Assembly (NCBI GenBank): GCA_965216635.1
Contig: OZ244188.1
Coordinates: forward strand, 1,152,001-1,216,000
Direction: 5' to 3'
Length of the DNA stretch: 64,000 nt
Source: a bacterium
Lineage (GTDB): Bacteria > SAR324 > XYD2-FULL-50-16 > G965216635
This document shows, one piece after another, positions 19,843-29,733 of the stretch (position 1 is its first letter; each line of letters starts with the position of its first letter). Made by a program: the position numbers and the translations under genes. The notes below the pieces were generated by a model that did not search any database, had not been told where the DNA came from, and worked only from the letters and a program-made list of their open reading frames with translations.

Positions 19843-20076
19843 ATGACACCAGAAATCATAAAGGAAAAAATTATACAAAGCATTCCCGATGCAAATGTGG
19901 TTGTAGAAGACCTCGCAGGAGATCAAAAACACTTTGGAGTAGATGTGGTTTCCAGCGAATTTAAAGGAAAATCTACAATAGAACAGCACCAGATGATCTA
20001 TAAGGCTCTAGGAGATGCCTTAAAAGAACAAATCCATGCTTTGCGAATAAAAACAACCTTCAATGAACACGAATAA
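19843..20076 (+). CDS. BolA/IbaG family protein
   Basis: HF.V.VVS.EF.GK...QHQ.IY.AL, IHAL.I.T. Confidence 0.93.
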   Translation: MTPEIIKEKIIQSIPDANVVVEDLAGDQKHFGVDVVSSEFKGKSTIEQHQMIYKALGDALKEQIHALRIKTTFNEHE

Positions 20077-20429
20077 TGCAACATCACGCTGAAATTTTAC
20101 TAGAAGACACAGTAGACGAAACAGAGGCTTTGAAAATAATCCAAGAGCAAATTAAAGAAAATCCTCTGCTAATCTATATGAAAGGCAATGCCTCTTTACC
20201 CCAGTGTGGCTTTAGTGCTCAAGTGATTGAGATTTTTAATCGGCTAGGAGCAAAATACAAAACTTTTAATATACTCAACCATTTTTTTATTAGAGAAAAC
20301 ATCAAAATTTTTTCTAATTGGCCCACCATTCCTCAAATCTATTATAAGGGAAAATTTCTCGGAGGTTGTGATATTATTATTGAAATGTATCAAAACGGAG
20401 AACTCGCCAAATTATTAGAGATAGAATAA
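20076..20429 (+). CDS. grxD: monothiol glutaredoxin (Grx4 family)
   Basis: MKG...PQCGFS, WPTIPQ, GGCDI. Confidence 0.95.
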   Translation: MQHHAEILLEDTVDETEALKIIQEQIKENPLLIYMKGNASLPQCGFSAQVIEIFNRLGAKYKTFNILNHFFIRENIKIFSNWPTIPQIYYKGKFLGGCDIIIEMYQNGELAKLLEIE

Positions 20430-20976
20430 AAAAGGAAGCAATCTAGCAGCTGTTTTATTAGATTTAAAAAATAATAAGAGAAAAATTTATGATGAAATTG
20501 TTATGCTTCTTGAAAGTGTCTTACCTGTTTTCGAAGATTTTGAATTAGAAGAAAGTTACGGTAAAATTTTTCTCCGCTGGAAAGGCAAAAAAACAGAAAA
20601 AACTTTTGGAGCTCATCTAACTTCCGATGGCACTTTAAGAGTGATAGCTTTAATTACTTTGCTTTGTATGCCACAGGATAGAATTTCTAATGTAGTGATT
20701 ATAGACGAGCCCGAGTTGGGTTTGCATCCTTACGCTATTAGCTTAATTGCTACATTGATTAAAAGATTATCTCTAAACAAGCAGGTTATTTTGGCAACTC
20801 AATCCCCTCTATTGCTAGAAGAATTTGAAGCTGAAGATGTAATTGTAACGGAAATGAACGAACAAGGAGCTAGCCAATTTAAAAGATTAGACTACGACAA
20901 TCACAAAAAATGGTTAGAAGATTTTACTATAGGTGAACTTTGGCAAAAAAATGTTTTTGGAGGAGTGCCTAAATGA
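20430..20976 (+). pseudogene. 5'-truncated ABC/AAA ATPase (C-terminal half only)
   Basis: Frame open from just after the grxD stop (GSNLAAVL...); has SDGTLR, IIDEPELGLHP and ATQSP but no Walker A. Confidence 0.75.
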
Positions 20977-21060
20977 TGAGACTGGCTATTATTGTAGAAG
21001 GAGAAACAGAACTTGATTTTGTAAATAAAATTTTAATTCCATATTTTTCTAACCTTTGCT
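20973..21060 (+). pseudogene. 3'-truncated DUF4276/TOPRIM-like partner gene
   Basis: ATGA overlap with the ATPase; MMRLAIIVEGETELDFVNKILIPYF, then the frame runs into the antisense of efp. Confidence 0.7.
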
Positions 21061-21099
21061 ACTTGGATAAGCCGACTAGAAGAGTAATAAGTTCTCAAA

Positions 21100-21660
21100 C
21101 TATTTCACCCGCTCCATATAAGCACCACTACGGGTATCTATTTTAATTTTATCTCCCTCGTTAATAAAGATAGGAACTTGAATGATAGCCCCAGTCTCTA
21201 CAGTAGCTGGTTTCATTGCTTTAGACACTCTGTCTCCTTTTATGCCCGCTTCAGTAGAAATAATTTTTTGCTCGCTAAAATGAGGTAATTCTATTCCCAC
21301 AGGTTGCTCTTTGTGGAGCATCACCTTTACTTCTATAGTTTCTATGAGCCATTTCCAGTCTTCACCAATCTGTTCTTTAGAAATGGATACTTGTGTAAAA
21401 TCCTCTAAATCCATAAAAAGATAGTTCTCTTTATCTAGATAAAGAAACTGCATAGATTTTTCTGCAATATCGGAAGGTTTTATTTTTTCTCCAATTTTGC
21501 AAGTTTTATCTATAACCGCACCATTGAGTAGGTTTTTTAGTTTTAGCCTCGTAAAAGCTTGGCCTTTACCTGGTTTTACAAACTGAGTCCCTACAATAAT
21601 ATAAGGGATATTTTCTAATTCAATGCGCAGACCTTTTCTTAATTCACCGCTATCGTACAT
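21100..21660 (-). CDS. efp: elongation factor P
   Basis: FVKPGKGQAF.R, KPAT.ETG..IQVP.FI..G..I.IDTR.G.Y..R. Confidence 0.97.
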   Translation of the reverse strand: MYDSGELRKGLRIELENIPYIIVGTQFVKPGKGQAFTRLKLKNLLNGAVIDKTCKIGEKIKPSDIAEKSMQFLYLDKENYLFMDLEDFTQVSISKEQIGEDWKWLIETIEVKVMLHKEQPVGIELPHFSEQKIISTEAGIKGDRVSKAMKPATVETGAIIQVPIFINEGDKIKIDTRSGAYMERVK

Positions 21661-21666
21661 ACAAGA

Positions 21667-21840
21667 CTATTTTTGTTTAGATTTTTTTTGACTCTTTAAA
21701 GATTGGGGCTTTAATAATTGACTCAAATGTCCCAATAAAGAAGTGCTAACAACCATTCCCCAGATAACTGGGATACTAAACAGGGCACAAACCACCAAAA
21801 GAGCGATTACTGGCATTATGGCATCTATTATTTCTCTCAT
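21667..21840 (-). CDS. small hypothetical membrane protein (57 aa)
   Basis: Manual translation MREIIDAIMPVIALLVVCALFSIPVIWGMVVSTSLLGHLSQLLKPQSLKSQKKSKQK; stop 6 nt before the efp ATG; below the ORF-track cutoff. Confidence 0.5.
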   Translation of the reverse strand: MREIIDAIMPVIALLVVCALFSIPVIWGMVVSTSLLGHLSQLLKPQSLKSQKKSKQK

Positions 21841-22071
21841 TGTTATGTTTTGAAAATTAAGTTCTATTTAGAGGATAGAATAATTGTTCGTTAATTTGCA
21901 AGAAAAAATTTGTTTTAAATTAGCTAGGTTTTTGAAAAAAGAATTATTTCAAAAAAAAAAAAACATTTTAAGTTATATTATATAAAAAAATAGAGTATCA
22001 TAGCTAAATGTTTTTGAATTAATACGACTTCTAGACGATTTTTCTAGAGGCAGGTTAAGTCAAATATCTTA

Positions 22072-22398
22072 TAGACCTTTGTATTAGTGAGACCTTTGAA
22101 TTAGTGTTATGCTTACCTCACTATTGGGGCTAGCCAAATGGTCATACCAGTGGCTCTTTTGCTAAAGCCTGTATAGAGTAAAAGCAGTAAGCTTGCTTTG
22201 GCTAAACAGAACGTTAATTCAAAGGCCTCTTAGTGTTATGCTTACCTCACTATTGTGAGGCTAGCCAAATGGTTAGAAAAATGCAAAAAAAATTTCAGCT
22301 CGCTGGAATACTGGAGAGCATTTCTTCACAAATGGCAAGAGTTAAATTTTTTTTTTAACGATTGCTTTGGCTAAACAGAACGCTATTTCAAAGGTCTA
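22072..22398. mobile_element. nested palindromic elements (inner copy 22089-22229 with TTAGT duplication)
   Basis: Outer TAGACCTTTG...CAAAGGTCTA interrupted by GAGACCTTTGAA...TTCAAAGGCCTC. Confidence 0.9.
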
Positions 22399-22416
22399 TC
22401 TTATTATTATTAACTT

Positions 22417-22636
22417 GAGACTGTTAGGTTAGACGTTATTAGGAAAGCCAGACAAGGCTAGATAAATTTTTTATTGCAAGAAATATCATATTAAAAAACA
22501 CTCTATAATTTGCATTTAGCAAAAATAGAATGTAAAAGAGCCAGTGGTTCTTTTAATTCTTATGGAGCTATAACCCATATTTTACTCTAGCAATAAGCCT
22601 GTTTTGCCGAATTAGAATGTCTGCTTCAACAGCCTC
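22417..22636. mobile_element. related palindromic element with different ends (GAGACTGTT...AACAGCCTC)
   Basis: Shares AAAAGAGCCAGTGG.TCTTTT and GCAATAAGCCTGTTTTG modules. Confidence 0.7.
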
Positions 22637-22659
22637 TTTTCTTAAATTAAAAGGTTTCA

Positions 22660-23589
22660 ATGAATAGTAAAACTAAAATTTTAGTATCTTTGGTGACTAT
22701 ATTAATACTATCAGGTATTACTCTTGGGGTTATGGCAAACACAGATGGTTTAGATACTTGGAAATCTGGTAAAAACCACAACCGCATCATAGATATTCAA
22801 AAAAAAGGTATTAAAGCTTCAAAAGGAAAGGTAGGAATTGCCTTTTATTCTAATTCCGCGTTTAAAATAACATCACCGAATGGTATTAGTATTATGGTGG
22901 ATCCTTGGCGGAATGATCCATCGGGGGCTTGGGGATTATGGTATAGACTTGATTTTCCACAAGTAGAAGTAGATATTGGTATGTCAACGCATGCCCATTT
23001 TGACCACGATGCCATAGGTAGATTGGAAGCCCATATGCTCCTTGATAGGATGGCAGGCACATTCCAATTAGGCGATGTTAAAATAACTGGAATTGCTGAT
23101 AAACACCAATGTGTCGCTCCAGGAATTGTGAGTTGGACAGATGCTGTAAAACAGTTTGAAGGTAGACAAAATGTTTGTCCTCCTACAAATTCTAGGCATT
23201 TTGATAACACCATGTATTTGATAGAGACAGGAGGTCTTAAACTATTGATGTGGGGAGACAATAGACCCAATCCACCTGCTAATGTGCTAAAAAAGGTTGG
23301 TCAAGTGGATGTAATCTTTGTACCTGTTGATGGTTCACGACATATTCTTGATTATAAGCAAGCAGATTCTGTGATTAAGCAAGTAGGTGCTAAAATCGCT
23401 ATTCCGCATCACTATCTAGTGCCAGAAACTACTTTCTATACTTCAACTCTACAGCCTGCAACGGAATGGGTCAAAACGCATAAAAATACTATGCTAAAAA
23501 AACCATCTATAAGCATATCTCGTGGAGATTTAAAAGGTAAAAGTGGTTATGTCTACTACTTTGGTTCAAATAATATGGTTAAAAAATAA
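22660..23589 (+). CDS. exported MBL-fold metallo-hydrolase
   Basis: VDPW, THAHFDHD, WGD, PVDG, IPHHY; signal peptide. Confidence 0.85.
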   Translation: MNSKTKILVSLVTILILSGITLGVMANTDGLDTWKSGKNHNRIIDIQKKGIKASKGKVGIAFYSNSAFKITSPNGISIMVDPWRNDPSGAWGLWYRLDFPQVEVDIGMSTHAHFDHDAIGRLEAHMLLDRMAGTFQLGDVKITGIADKHQCVAPGIVSWTDAVKQFEGRQNVCPPTNSRHFDNTMYLIETGGLKLLMWGDNRPNPPANVLKKVGQVDVIFVPVDGSRHILDYKQADSVIKQVGAKIAIPHHYLVPETTFYTSTLQPATEWVKTHKNTMLKKPSISISRGDLKGKSGYVYYFGSNNMVKK

Positions 23590-23622
23590 CCAAGAGAGTC
23601 TTTTGAATTTACTTCACAAGTA

Positions 23623-23803
23623 GAGAGCTTTGAATTAGTGTTATGCTTACCTCACTATTGGGGCTAGCCAAATGGTTAGAAAAGTGCAAAAAAAAATTTT
23701 AGCTCGTAGGAATACTGAAGAGCATTTCTTCACAAATGGCAAGAGTTAAAAAAAAATTTAACGATTGCTTTGGCTAAACTAGATAAGCTAATTCAAAGGT
23801 CTC
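23623..23803. mobile_element. palindromic element with AAGTA target-site duplication
   Basis: AAGTA|GAGAGCTTTGAATTAG...CTAATTCAAAGGTCTC|AAGTA. Confidence 0.92.
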
Positions 23804-23875
23804 AAGTAGTAATCCAAAGTTCTCATAAAACACGGGGCGTAGCAACTACGCCTTGTATCCTCCTAGATTTTTGTA

Positions 23876-25180
23876 ATGTTGCCATCAAGTTCTTCTCTTG
23901 AACATAAAAAATCATACCTTTTAGTGATTCGGTGGACGGTTTTTTTTACTGTTCTTACTAGCTTTTTTATATCCTCAGTAGTTCATGCTCATTTTAATCT
24001 TAATGTTAATATTCGTGTCTTTCATATATTTTATGAAAAAGAACAGACTCATTTGCTGATAAGGCTACCTATGGCGTATCTTGTTGCTGATAAATTAGGA
24101 GCAAAAACAAAAGACGGCAAACAGATACCAGCACCCTATACTACAAACACAATAGAGCAAGGAATATTGATGCATTATCTTGATATAAATGCATTAAGAG
24201 AAAATCCCAAAGGTTTAGCTGAAATTGTTGCAGATAATATTATTTTAAAAGCCAATGGTGAAATATTAAAATCAAAAATTGGCAGGTTGCGTGCTTACCC
24301 TGCAATTTTACAAGTGCCTTTTTCTAGTCTTAAAGAAGCCAAAACAGCAATTCAAGGGAATGTTTATCAAGCTGATTTTGAAGCAACTTATGTGGGAGAT
24401 ACTATTGTTGATGTAGAATTAATCTTTGATAGCAAACGAGCACTTTCAGACTATAGTCTACAAAGCACCCTCAATCCCAAACTAGACAAACAAGAACAAA
24501 CTGCTAACCTTGTTATAGACCACAATGGTAAAAAACAACGGGTTTTTCGTATTAGAGGTCTCATGAATCAACCAGTTACGATTAACCGTTCAATGATGCG
24601 AGCTATATTTAGTTTTATAGTAGAAGGGTTTAAGCATATTCTGGAGGGCTACGACCATATTTTATTTATTGTATGCCTTATGTTGAGTATTACCAATCTA
24701 TCTGCATTGTTTTGGCGAGTTAGTGGTTTTACTTTGGGCCATAGCATTACTTTGTCTATGGGATTTTTTGGGTATGTTCCTAAAGGTATTTGGTTTATAT
24801 CTTTGATTGAAATGACTATTGCATTATCTATCATTTATGTAGCAGTGGTTGCTATAGTTAATAAAAAAACACTATCAACAACTTGGACCACCGCATTAAT
24901 TGGGCTTTTACATGGTTTAGGATTTTCTTTTGTATTGCAAAAAATACTTAGCCTAGATTCTCCTAATATATGGCAGAGTTTGCTTGGATTCAATATTGGC
25001 ATTGAAATAGGACAACTACTTATAGCACTAAGTGTATGGCTTATTGTTTATTTAGTGCTAAAAAAATTGCCTACTTACATTTATGCACTGCGGTTAATAG
25101 TTGCTTTACCCTGTATTACAATAGCTGCTTTTTGGGTTGGGCAAAGAACTACTACATTTATTGAAAATTTGATACAATAA
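23876..25180 (+). CDS. HupE/UreJ family membrane protein with N-terminal periplasmic domain
   Basis: G..HIL.G.DH.LF, FTLGHSITL, GLLHGLGF, FNIGIEIGQL. Confidence 0.88.
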   Translation: MLPSSSSLEHKKSYLLVIRWTVFFTVLTSFFISSVVHAHFNLNVNIRVFHIFYEKEQTHLLIRLPMAYLVADKLGAKTKDGKQIPAPYTTNTIEQGILMHYLDINALRENPKGLAEIVADNIILKANGEILKSKIGRLRAYPAILQVPFSSLKEAKTAIQGNVYQADFEATYVGDTIVDVELIFDSKRALSDYSLQSTLNPKLDKQEQTANLVIDHNGKKQRVFRIRGLMNQPVTINRSMMRAIFSFIVEGFKHILEGYDHILFIVCLMLSITNLSALFWRVSGFTLGHSITLSMGFFGYVPKGIWFISLIEMTIALSIIYVAVVAIVNKKTLSTTWTTALIGLLHGLGFSFVLQKILSLDSPNIWQSLLGFNIGIEIGQLLIALSVWLIVYLVLKKLPTYIYALRLIVALPCITIAAFWVGQRTTTFIENLIQ

Positions 25181-25200
25181 AACTATGGGATCAGTATAAC

Positions 25201-25245
25201 TAACGATTGCTTTGGCTAAACTAGATAAGCTAATTCAAAAGTCTA
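25201..25245. repeat. isolated right end of palindromic element
   Basis: Near-identical to 23759-23803. Confidence 0.85.
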
Positions 25246-25250
25246 AATAA

Positions 25251-25976
25251 CTATTTTCTGTAGCTGCGGACAAAACTACTATACCCTTTTTTGTTGATTG
25301 TTTGAGAGATTTGAGTAGCTTTGTTAGTGGAGTTGAAAGGACCTGTTAAAACATAAAATATTTCTGTATTGGGTTGATCTATAAAAATAGGAAGTGGGTA
25401 GAGGTCTTGTTTTAAACGGGTAGCCCCCTGTATAGCATGAGATTTCTTGTGATAGGCAATAATCTGAACAACCTTTTGCTTATAAGGAGCAATGCCTCGG
25501 GCATTATCATAATTTTTGGGATAAGAGATTATATCTAATTTCACTCTAGCGGTTCCCATATTAATAAAACCTAATTCTGTAGCTATTCTTTTGGAAACAT
25601 CTACGATTCTACCTTTTTTATAAGGCCCTCTATCGTTGACTCGGGCATAAATTTTTTTGTTATTTTCTAAATTTGTGATTTTAATAATGCTACCCAGTGG
25701 TAGTATTTTATGGGCAACAGTATAAGCGTTTTGGTTGTAGATTTCTCCGTTTGCAGTTTTTTTATTGTGAAAATTCGGACCATACCAAGATGCTGTTCCA
25801 TCCATCTGCTCTCTTGTTTTTTGCAAATTTCCTCCAGAGCTGGTTTTTTGCAAATTTCCTCCAGAGCTGGTTTTATGAGATTTTTCCCAAATCCAAGGTT
25901 GGCTCTTGCTTAAACTACTACAAGAAATAACAGCTAAAAAAACAGGCAAGTAAAATAAATATTTAATTTTTTTCAT
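25251..25976 (-). CDS. rlpA: septal ring lytic transglycosylase RlpA with SPOR domain
   Basis: Lipobox, G.ASWYG..F....TANGE, VNDRGP, RIVDVS; C-terminal SPOR-like. Confidence 0.92.
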   Translation of the reverse strand: MKKIKYLFYLPVFLAVISCSSLSKSQPWIWEKSHKTSSGGNLQKTSSGGNLQKTREQMDGTASWYGPNFHNKKTANGEIYNQNAYTVAHKILPLGSIIKITNLENNKKIYARVNDRGPYKKGRIVDVSKRIATELGFINMGTARVKLDIISYPKNYDNARGIAPYKQKVVQIIAYHKKSHAIQGATRLKQDLYPLPIFIDQPNTEIFYVLTGPFNSTNKATQISQTINKKGYSSFVRSYRK

Positions 25977-25997
25977 TTATAATCTATATTCAGTAAT

Positions 25998-28916
25998 ATG
26001 ATGAAATCACACTTAAAACTAGGACAAGAACTACACGGATGGACTGTAGAAGCAGTAGATACAATTGAAAAAATTCACCGCTGTGTCTATCAGCTAAAAT
26101 ACAAAAAAAATGGAGCTTCTTTAGTGCATATAAGCAATAAAGGTAGCAATAAGGATACCAATAACGCCTTTGGAATTGGCTTTCTCACCTGCCCGCAAGA
26201 CTCTTCAGGAGTTGCTCATATTTTAGAACACCTTGTGCTTTGCGGTTCTAAAAAATTTCCCGTCCGCGACCCTTTTTTTTCCATGCTCAAGAGGAGTTTA
26301 GCAAATTTCATGAATGCCCTTACAGCTAATGACTGGACTATGTATCCTTTTGCTTCTCAAAACCCTAAAGATTTTTATAATCTAATGGATGTCTATACAG
26401 ATGCCGTTTTTTTTCCACTACTCAAAGAAGAAAGTTTTCGCCAAGAAGCTCATCGTTTAGAACAAGACAAAGAAAAAACAATCGCTCAAGGAGTAGTTTT
26501 TAATGAGATGAAGGGGGCTATGTCTAATCCAGTGGATATAATGTATCGCAGGACTTTAAAAAGTGTTTTTCCAAGTATTACCTATCATCACAATTCGGGA
26601 GGAGAGCCTTTGGATATTTTGGATTTGACTCTGGAACAACTGCGAGAATTTCATAAAATACACTACCATCCCAGCAACGCAAAATTTTTTTCCTACGGTT
26701 CTCTGCCACTGACAAAAACGCTAGCTTTTTTAGAAGAGAAGGTTTTAAAACACTGGGATGCACCTCTATCCCAAGAGATCAAGATAGACAAAGAAAGACG
26801 TTATAACAAACCGCAAACATTTCAATTTTCTTACCCTTTAAGTAAAAAAGAGTCAGATAAAGAAGCCTACCAAATCGCCTTAAACTGGCTTACTTGTCCG
26901 ATCAAAGATTCTGATGAAGTATTGGCTTTGTCTCTACTATCATCCATTCTTTTAGGAAATCTAGCTTCTCCTCTACGTTATAAACTCATAGAATCTAACT
27001 ATGGTAAGGACTTGGCAGATACTACAGGTTATGCCGAAGAATACAGCGAAACTGTTTTTTCCGTTGGTTTAAAAGGAGTAGCCAAGAAAAATTTACAAAA
27101 AGTGGAAAATTTGATTTTAGATACACTCAAAGAAATAGTTACCAAAAAAATAGATGTTTCTTTTATAGAATCTGCCATTCACCAAAAAGAAATCAGTATC
27201 AGAAAAATCAAAGAGCCCTACGGTCTTCATTTATTTCTTAATATTGTCGCAGCTTGGATGAACTCGGGCAATATTATAAAAACTTTAAATTTTGACGAGC
27301 AAATAGAAAAAATAAAAAACAGAGTGAAGAAAGAAAATTATTTTGAAAATCTGATTCAAAAATATTTGATTGATAATTTACACAGAGTAAGAGTAGAGAT
27401 GCATCCAAGTAAAGATTATATGGAAAAACAGGAAAAAGAAATCAATCATAAAATCCAAAAAAAAGCTGCTGCTATCTTGAAACAAAAGGCAACCATCCCT
27501 CAAAAAGAAGATCTAAAAACTACCACAGAAAATATAGAATGTTTACCTAGTCTGGATCTAGATGAGATTATCATAAAAATCCCTCGTATAGCTAAAAAAC
27601 AAAAAAAAGGAATAGACATATACCAACAACCAACGAACGGATTGGAGTATTGGAGTCTTCACCTTGAAAACCCCAAAGTCAATTTTGAAAATTTGTGGCA
27701 GTTTCCTTTAGTCTGCAGCATGCTCACCAAGATAGGAACAAAAAAGCACAGCTACGAAGAGTTTTCGGCTCTTATCAATCGCTATACTGGAGGTTTGAAT
27801 TTTAGCAGCCTTTGTGTGGAGAGGCTAGATGGTGAAAATTATCATCAATTAGTCTGGGTTTCTGCAAAATCACTGAATAATAATAAAAAGAAAATGCAAG
27901 GGTTATTAGAAGAAGCTCTGTTGGAGTATAGCTTTTCTAATAGCAAAAGAATCCAACAATGGATTTCTGAGATCACACTAGCCAAAACAGAATCTGTAGC
28001 AGCGCAGGGACTTGTCTATGCTACTGGGCTAGCTAACCGTTATTTTTCTAAAACATTCAAACTGGAAGAAGATCAAGGGGGTATTCATTCTTTTAAAAAG
28101 TTTAAAAAATTCCAAAAATTTAAAAGTTCGGACTGGCAAGAGCTAGCTCAAAACTATCAAAAAAGTTGGCAAGAATTTTTAGAGCAGGCTACGATTTCTT
28201 TTTTTGTAGCAGGAGATCAAATTGCAGATACAGCCCCGATTTTTTCTGAGATGGCTAGAAAATTTCAATTTCCCATCAAAGAAAACTGGGATATCCATTC
28301 TAATCTTTTAGCAGAAAAATCACCCTCCCGACCCATCCGAGAAATTTGGCAAACCTCCAGCGTAGCAATATCCTATGTTGTCCGCTCTTACCCTACTGTG
28401 GATTATCAACACCCCGATAGCCCCAAACTTTTAGTGCTTTCCCGAATTTTACAAGGAGGCTTTATTCACCAAGAAATCCGCGAAAAAGGAGGAGCTTACG
28501 GAGGGCTAGTTTCCTTTCAAAAAACAAGTGGCATCTTTTCTTTTCTTTCCTACAGAGACCCTAGACTTTTAGAAACTTGGGAAGTTTATCAAAAAGCAAT
28601 AGACTGGGTTTTGCAAGGAAATTTTAGCGAGCTCCAAGTCAAAGATGCGATTCTGCAAACCTTTGGTAATTTAGATAAACCTCTCCCCCCCGCTGGATTA
28701 GCTGCTAATGATTTTTTAAAGAAAAAACTAGGAGAAAGCCTCGAGATTTATGAAAACTATAGAAAAAAAATCAGAGCTATACAAAAGCAGGATTTAATCC
28801 AAGTGGCAGAAAAATGGCTTACCCAAAGTAACTACATTGATGTGGCAATTAGTAGTGAAGAGATTGTCAAAAACATCAAAAAATTGGACTCTGGTATTGC
28901 TCTCTATAATATTTAG
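25998..28916 (+). CDS. M16C zinc peptidase (presequence protease-like)
   Basis: HILEH.VLCGS.KFP.RDPFF, GVVFNEMKG, IREKGGAYG, SYRDP. Confidence 0.95.
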   Translation: MMKSHLKLGQELHGWTVEAVDTIEKIHRCVYQLKYKKNGASLVHISNKGSNKDTNNAFGIGFLTCPQDSSGVAHILEHLVLCGSKKFPVRDPFFSMLKRSLANFMNALTANDWTMYPFASQNPKDFYNLMDVYTDAVFFPLLKEESFRQEAHRLEQDKEKTIAQGVVFNEMKGAMSNPVDIMYRRTLKSVFPSITYHHNSGGEPLDILDLTLEQLREFHKIHYHPSNAKFFSYGSLPLTKTLAFLEEKVLKHWDAPLSQEIKIDKERRYNKPQTFQFSYPLSKKESDKEAYQIALNWLTCPIKDSDEVLALSLLSSILLGNLASPLRYKLIESNYGKDLADTTGYAEEYSETVFSVGLKGVAKKNLQKVENLILDTLKEIVTKKIDVSFIESAIHQKEISIRKIKEPYGLHLFLNIVAAWMNSGNIIKTLNFDEQIEKIKNRVKKENYFENLIQKYLIDNLHRVRVEMHPSKDYMEKQEKEINHKIQKKAAAILKQKATIPQKEDLKTTTENIECLPSLDLDEIIIKIPRIAKKQKKGIDIYQQPTNGLEYWSLHLENPKVNFENLWQFPLVCSMLTKIGTKKHSYEEFSALINRYTGGLNFSSLCVERLDGENYHQLVWVSAKSLNNNKKKMQGLLEEALLEYSFSNSKRIQQWISEITLAKTESVAAQGLVYATGLANRYFSKTFKLEEDQGGIHSFKKFKKFQKFKSSDWQELAQNYQKSWQEFLEQATISFFVAGDQIADTAPIFSEMARKFQFPIKENWDIHSNLLAEKSPSRPIREIWQTSSVAISYVVRSYPTVDYQHPDSPKLLVLSRILQGGFIHQEIREKGGAYGGLVSFQKTSGIFSFLSYRDPRLLETWEVYQKAIDWVLQGNFSELQVKDAILQTFGNLDKPLPPAGLAANDFLKKKLGESLEIYENYRKKIRAIQKQDLIQVAEKWLTQSNYIDVAISSEEIVKNIKKLDSGIALYNI

Positions 28917-28945
28917 TAGACTTTTGAATTAGACATTCTAGCCAA
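28917..28945. repeat. isolated left end of palindromic element
   Basis: TAGACTTTTGAATTAGACATTCTAG. Confidence 0.75.
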
Positions 28946-28965
28946 AATGAAATCGTATATACGAT

Positions 28966-29682
28966 ATGAATTCAAAAACAATATCAAAAAAATTACCAAA
29001 AAAATTATCAGAAAAATTATTAATCGCAATAGATGGTCCAGCAGGAGTCGGAAAAAGCACAGTAGCTCGCCTAATAGCCCAAAAATTGAATATTATTCAT
29101 CTGGACTCGGGAGCTTTGTATCGCTCATTGACCTACTTGGGACTAAATAAAAGTATTCCACCGAAATTTATCCCTAAGTATCTCAAAAATAATTCTTCTA
29201 TTTTTCAATTTTCCTACAAAAATAATGCTCAGCAAATTTTCATTAAAGGAGAATCTGCCGAACAGAAAATCCGTGATATTTCCATTACTCAAACTATAAA
29301 GATGTTTGCTGAATCCCCTGAATGCAGATCGTGGGTTAATTCTTTAATGCAAAAAATTTCAAAAACATACTCTTTAGTGGTAGATGGAAGAGATATAGGA
29401 ACAGCTGTATTTCCAGAGGCAGATTTTAAGTTTTACTTAGATGCCTCTATTGAAATTCGTGCTCAAAGAAGGGCAATAGAGAAAAATATTTCTTTAGATG
29501 GTTCCGAATTTGAGTTTCTAAAAAAAGAAATTCAGACGCGAGATACAAACGATAAAAATAGAGTTTTAGCTCCTTTAGCGAAAGCAAAGGACGCTGTCTA
29601 TTTGGATAGTTCTGAGATGGAACAGGAACAGGTAGTAAAATTTTTTTTGGATAAAATTCAAAACCCAAAATTATTGCATTAA
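28966..29682 (+). CDS. cmk: cytidylate kinase
   Basis: IAIDGPAGVGKST, LDSGALYR, DGRDIGT.VFP.A. Confidence 0.96.
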   Translation: MNSKTISKKLPKKLSEKLLIAIDGPAGVGKSTVARLIAQKLNIIHLDSGALYRSLTYLGLNKSIPPKFIPKYLKNNSSIFQFSYKNNAQQIFIKGESAEQKIRDISITQTIKMFAESPECRSWVNSLMQKISKTYSLVVDGRDIGTAVFPEADFKFYLDASIEIRAQRRAIEKNISLDGSEFEFLKKEIQTRDTNDKNRVLAPLAKAKDAVYLDSSEMEQEQVVKFFLDKIQNPKLLH

Positions 29683-29733
29683 CATTCTGTTTAAAATTAT
29701 GCTGTATTTTTTAAAAAATACTCCAAAGTAAAG

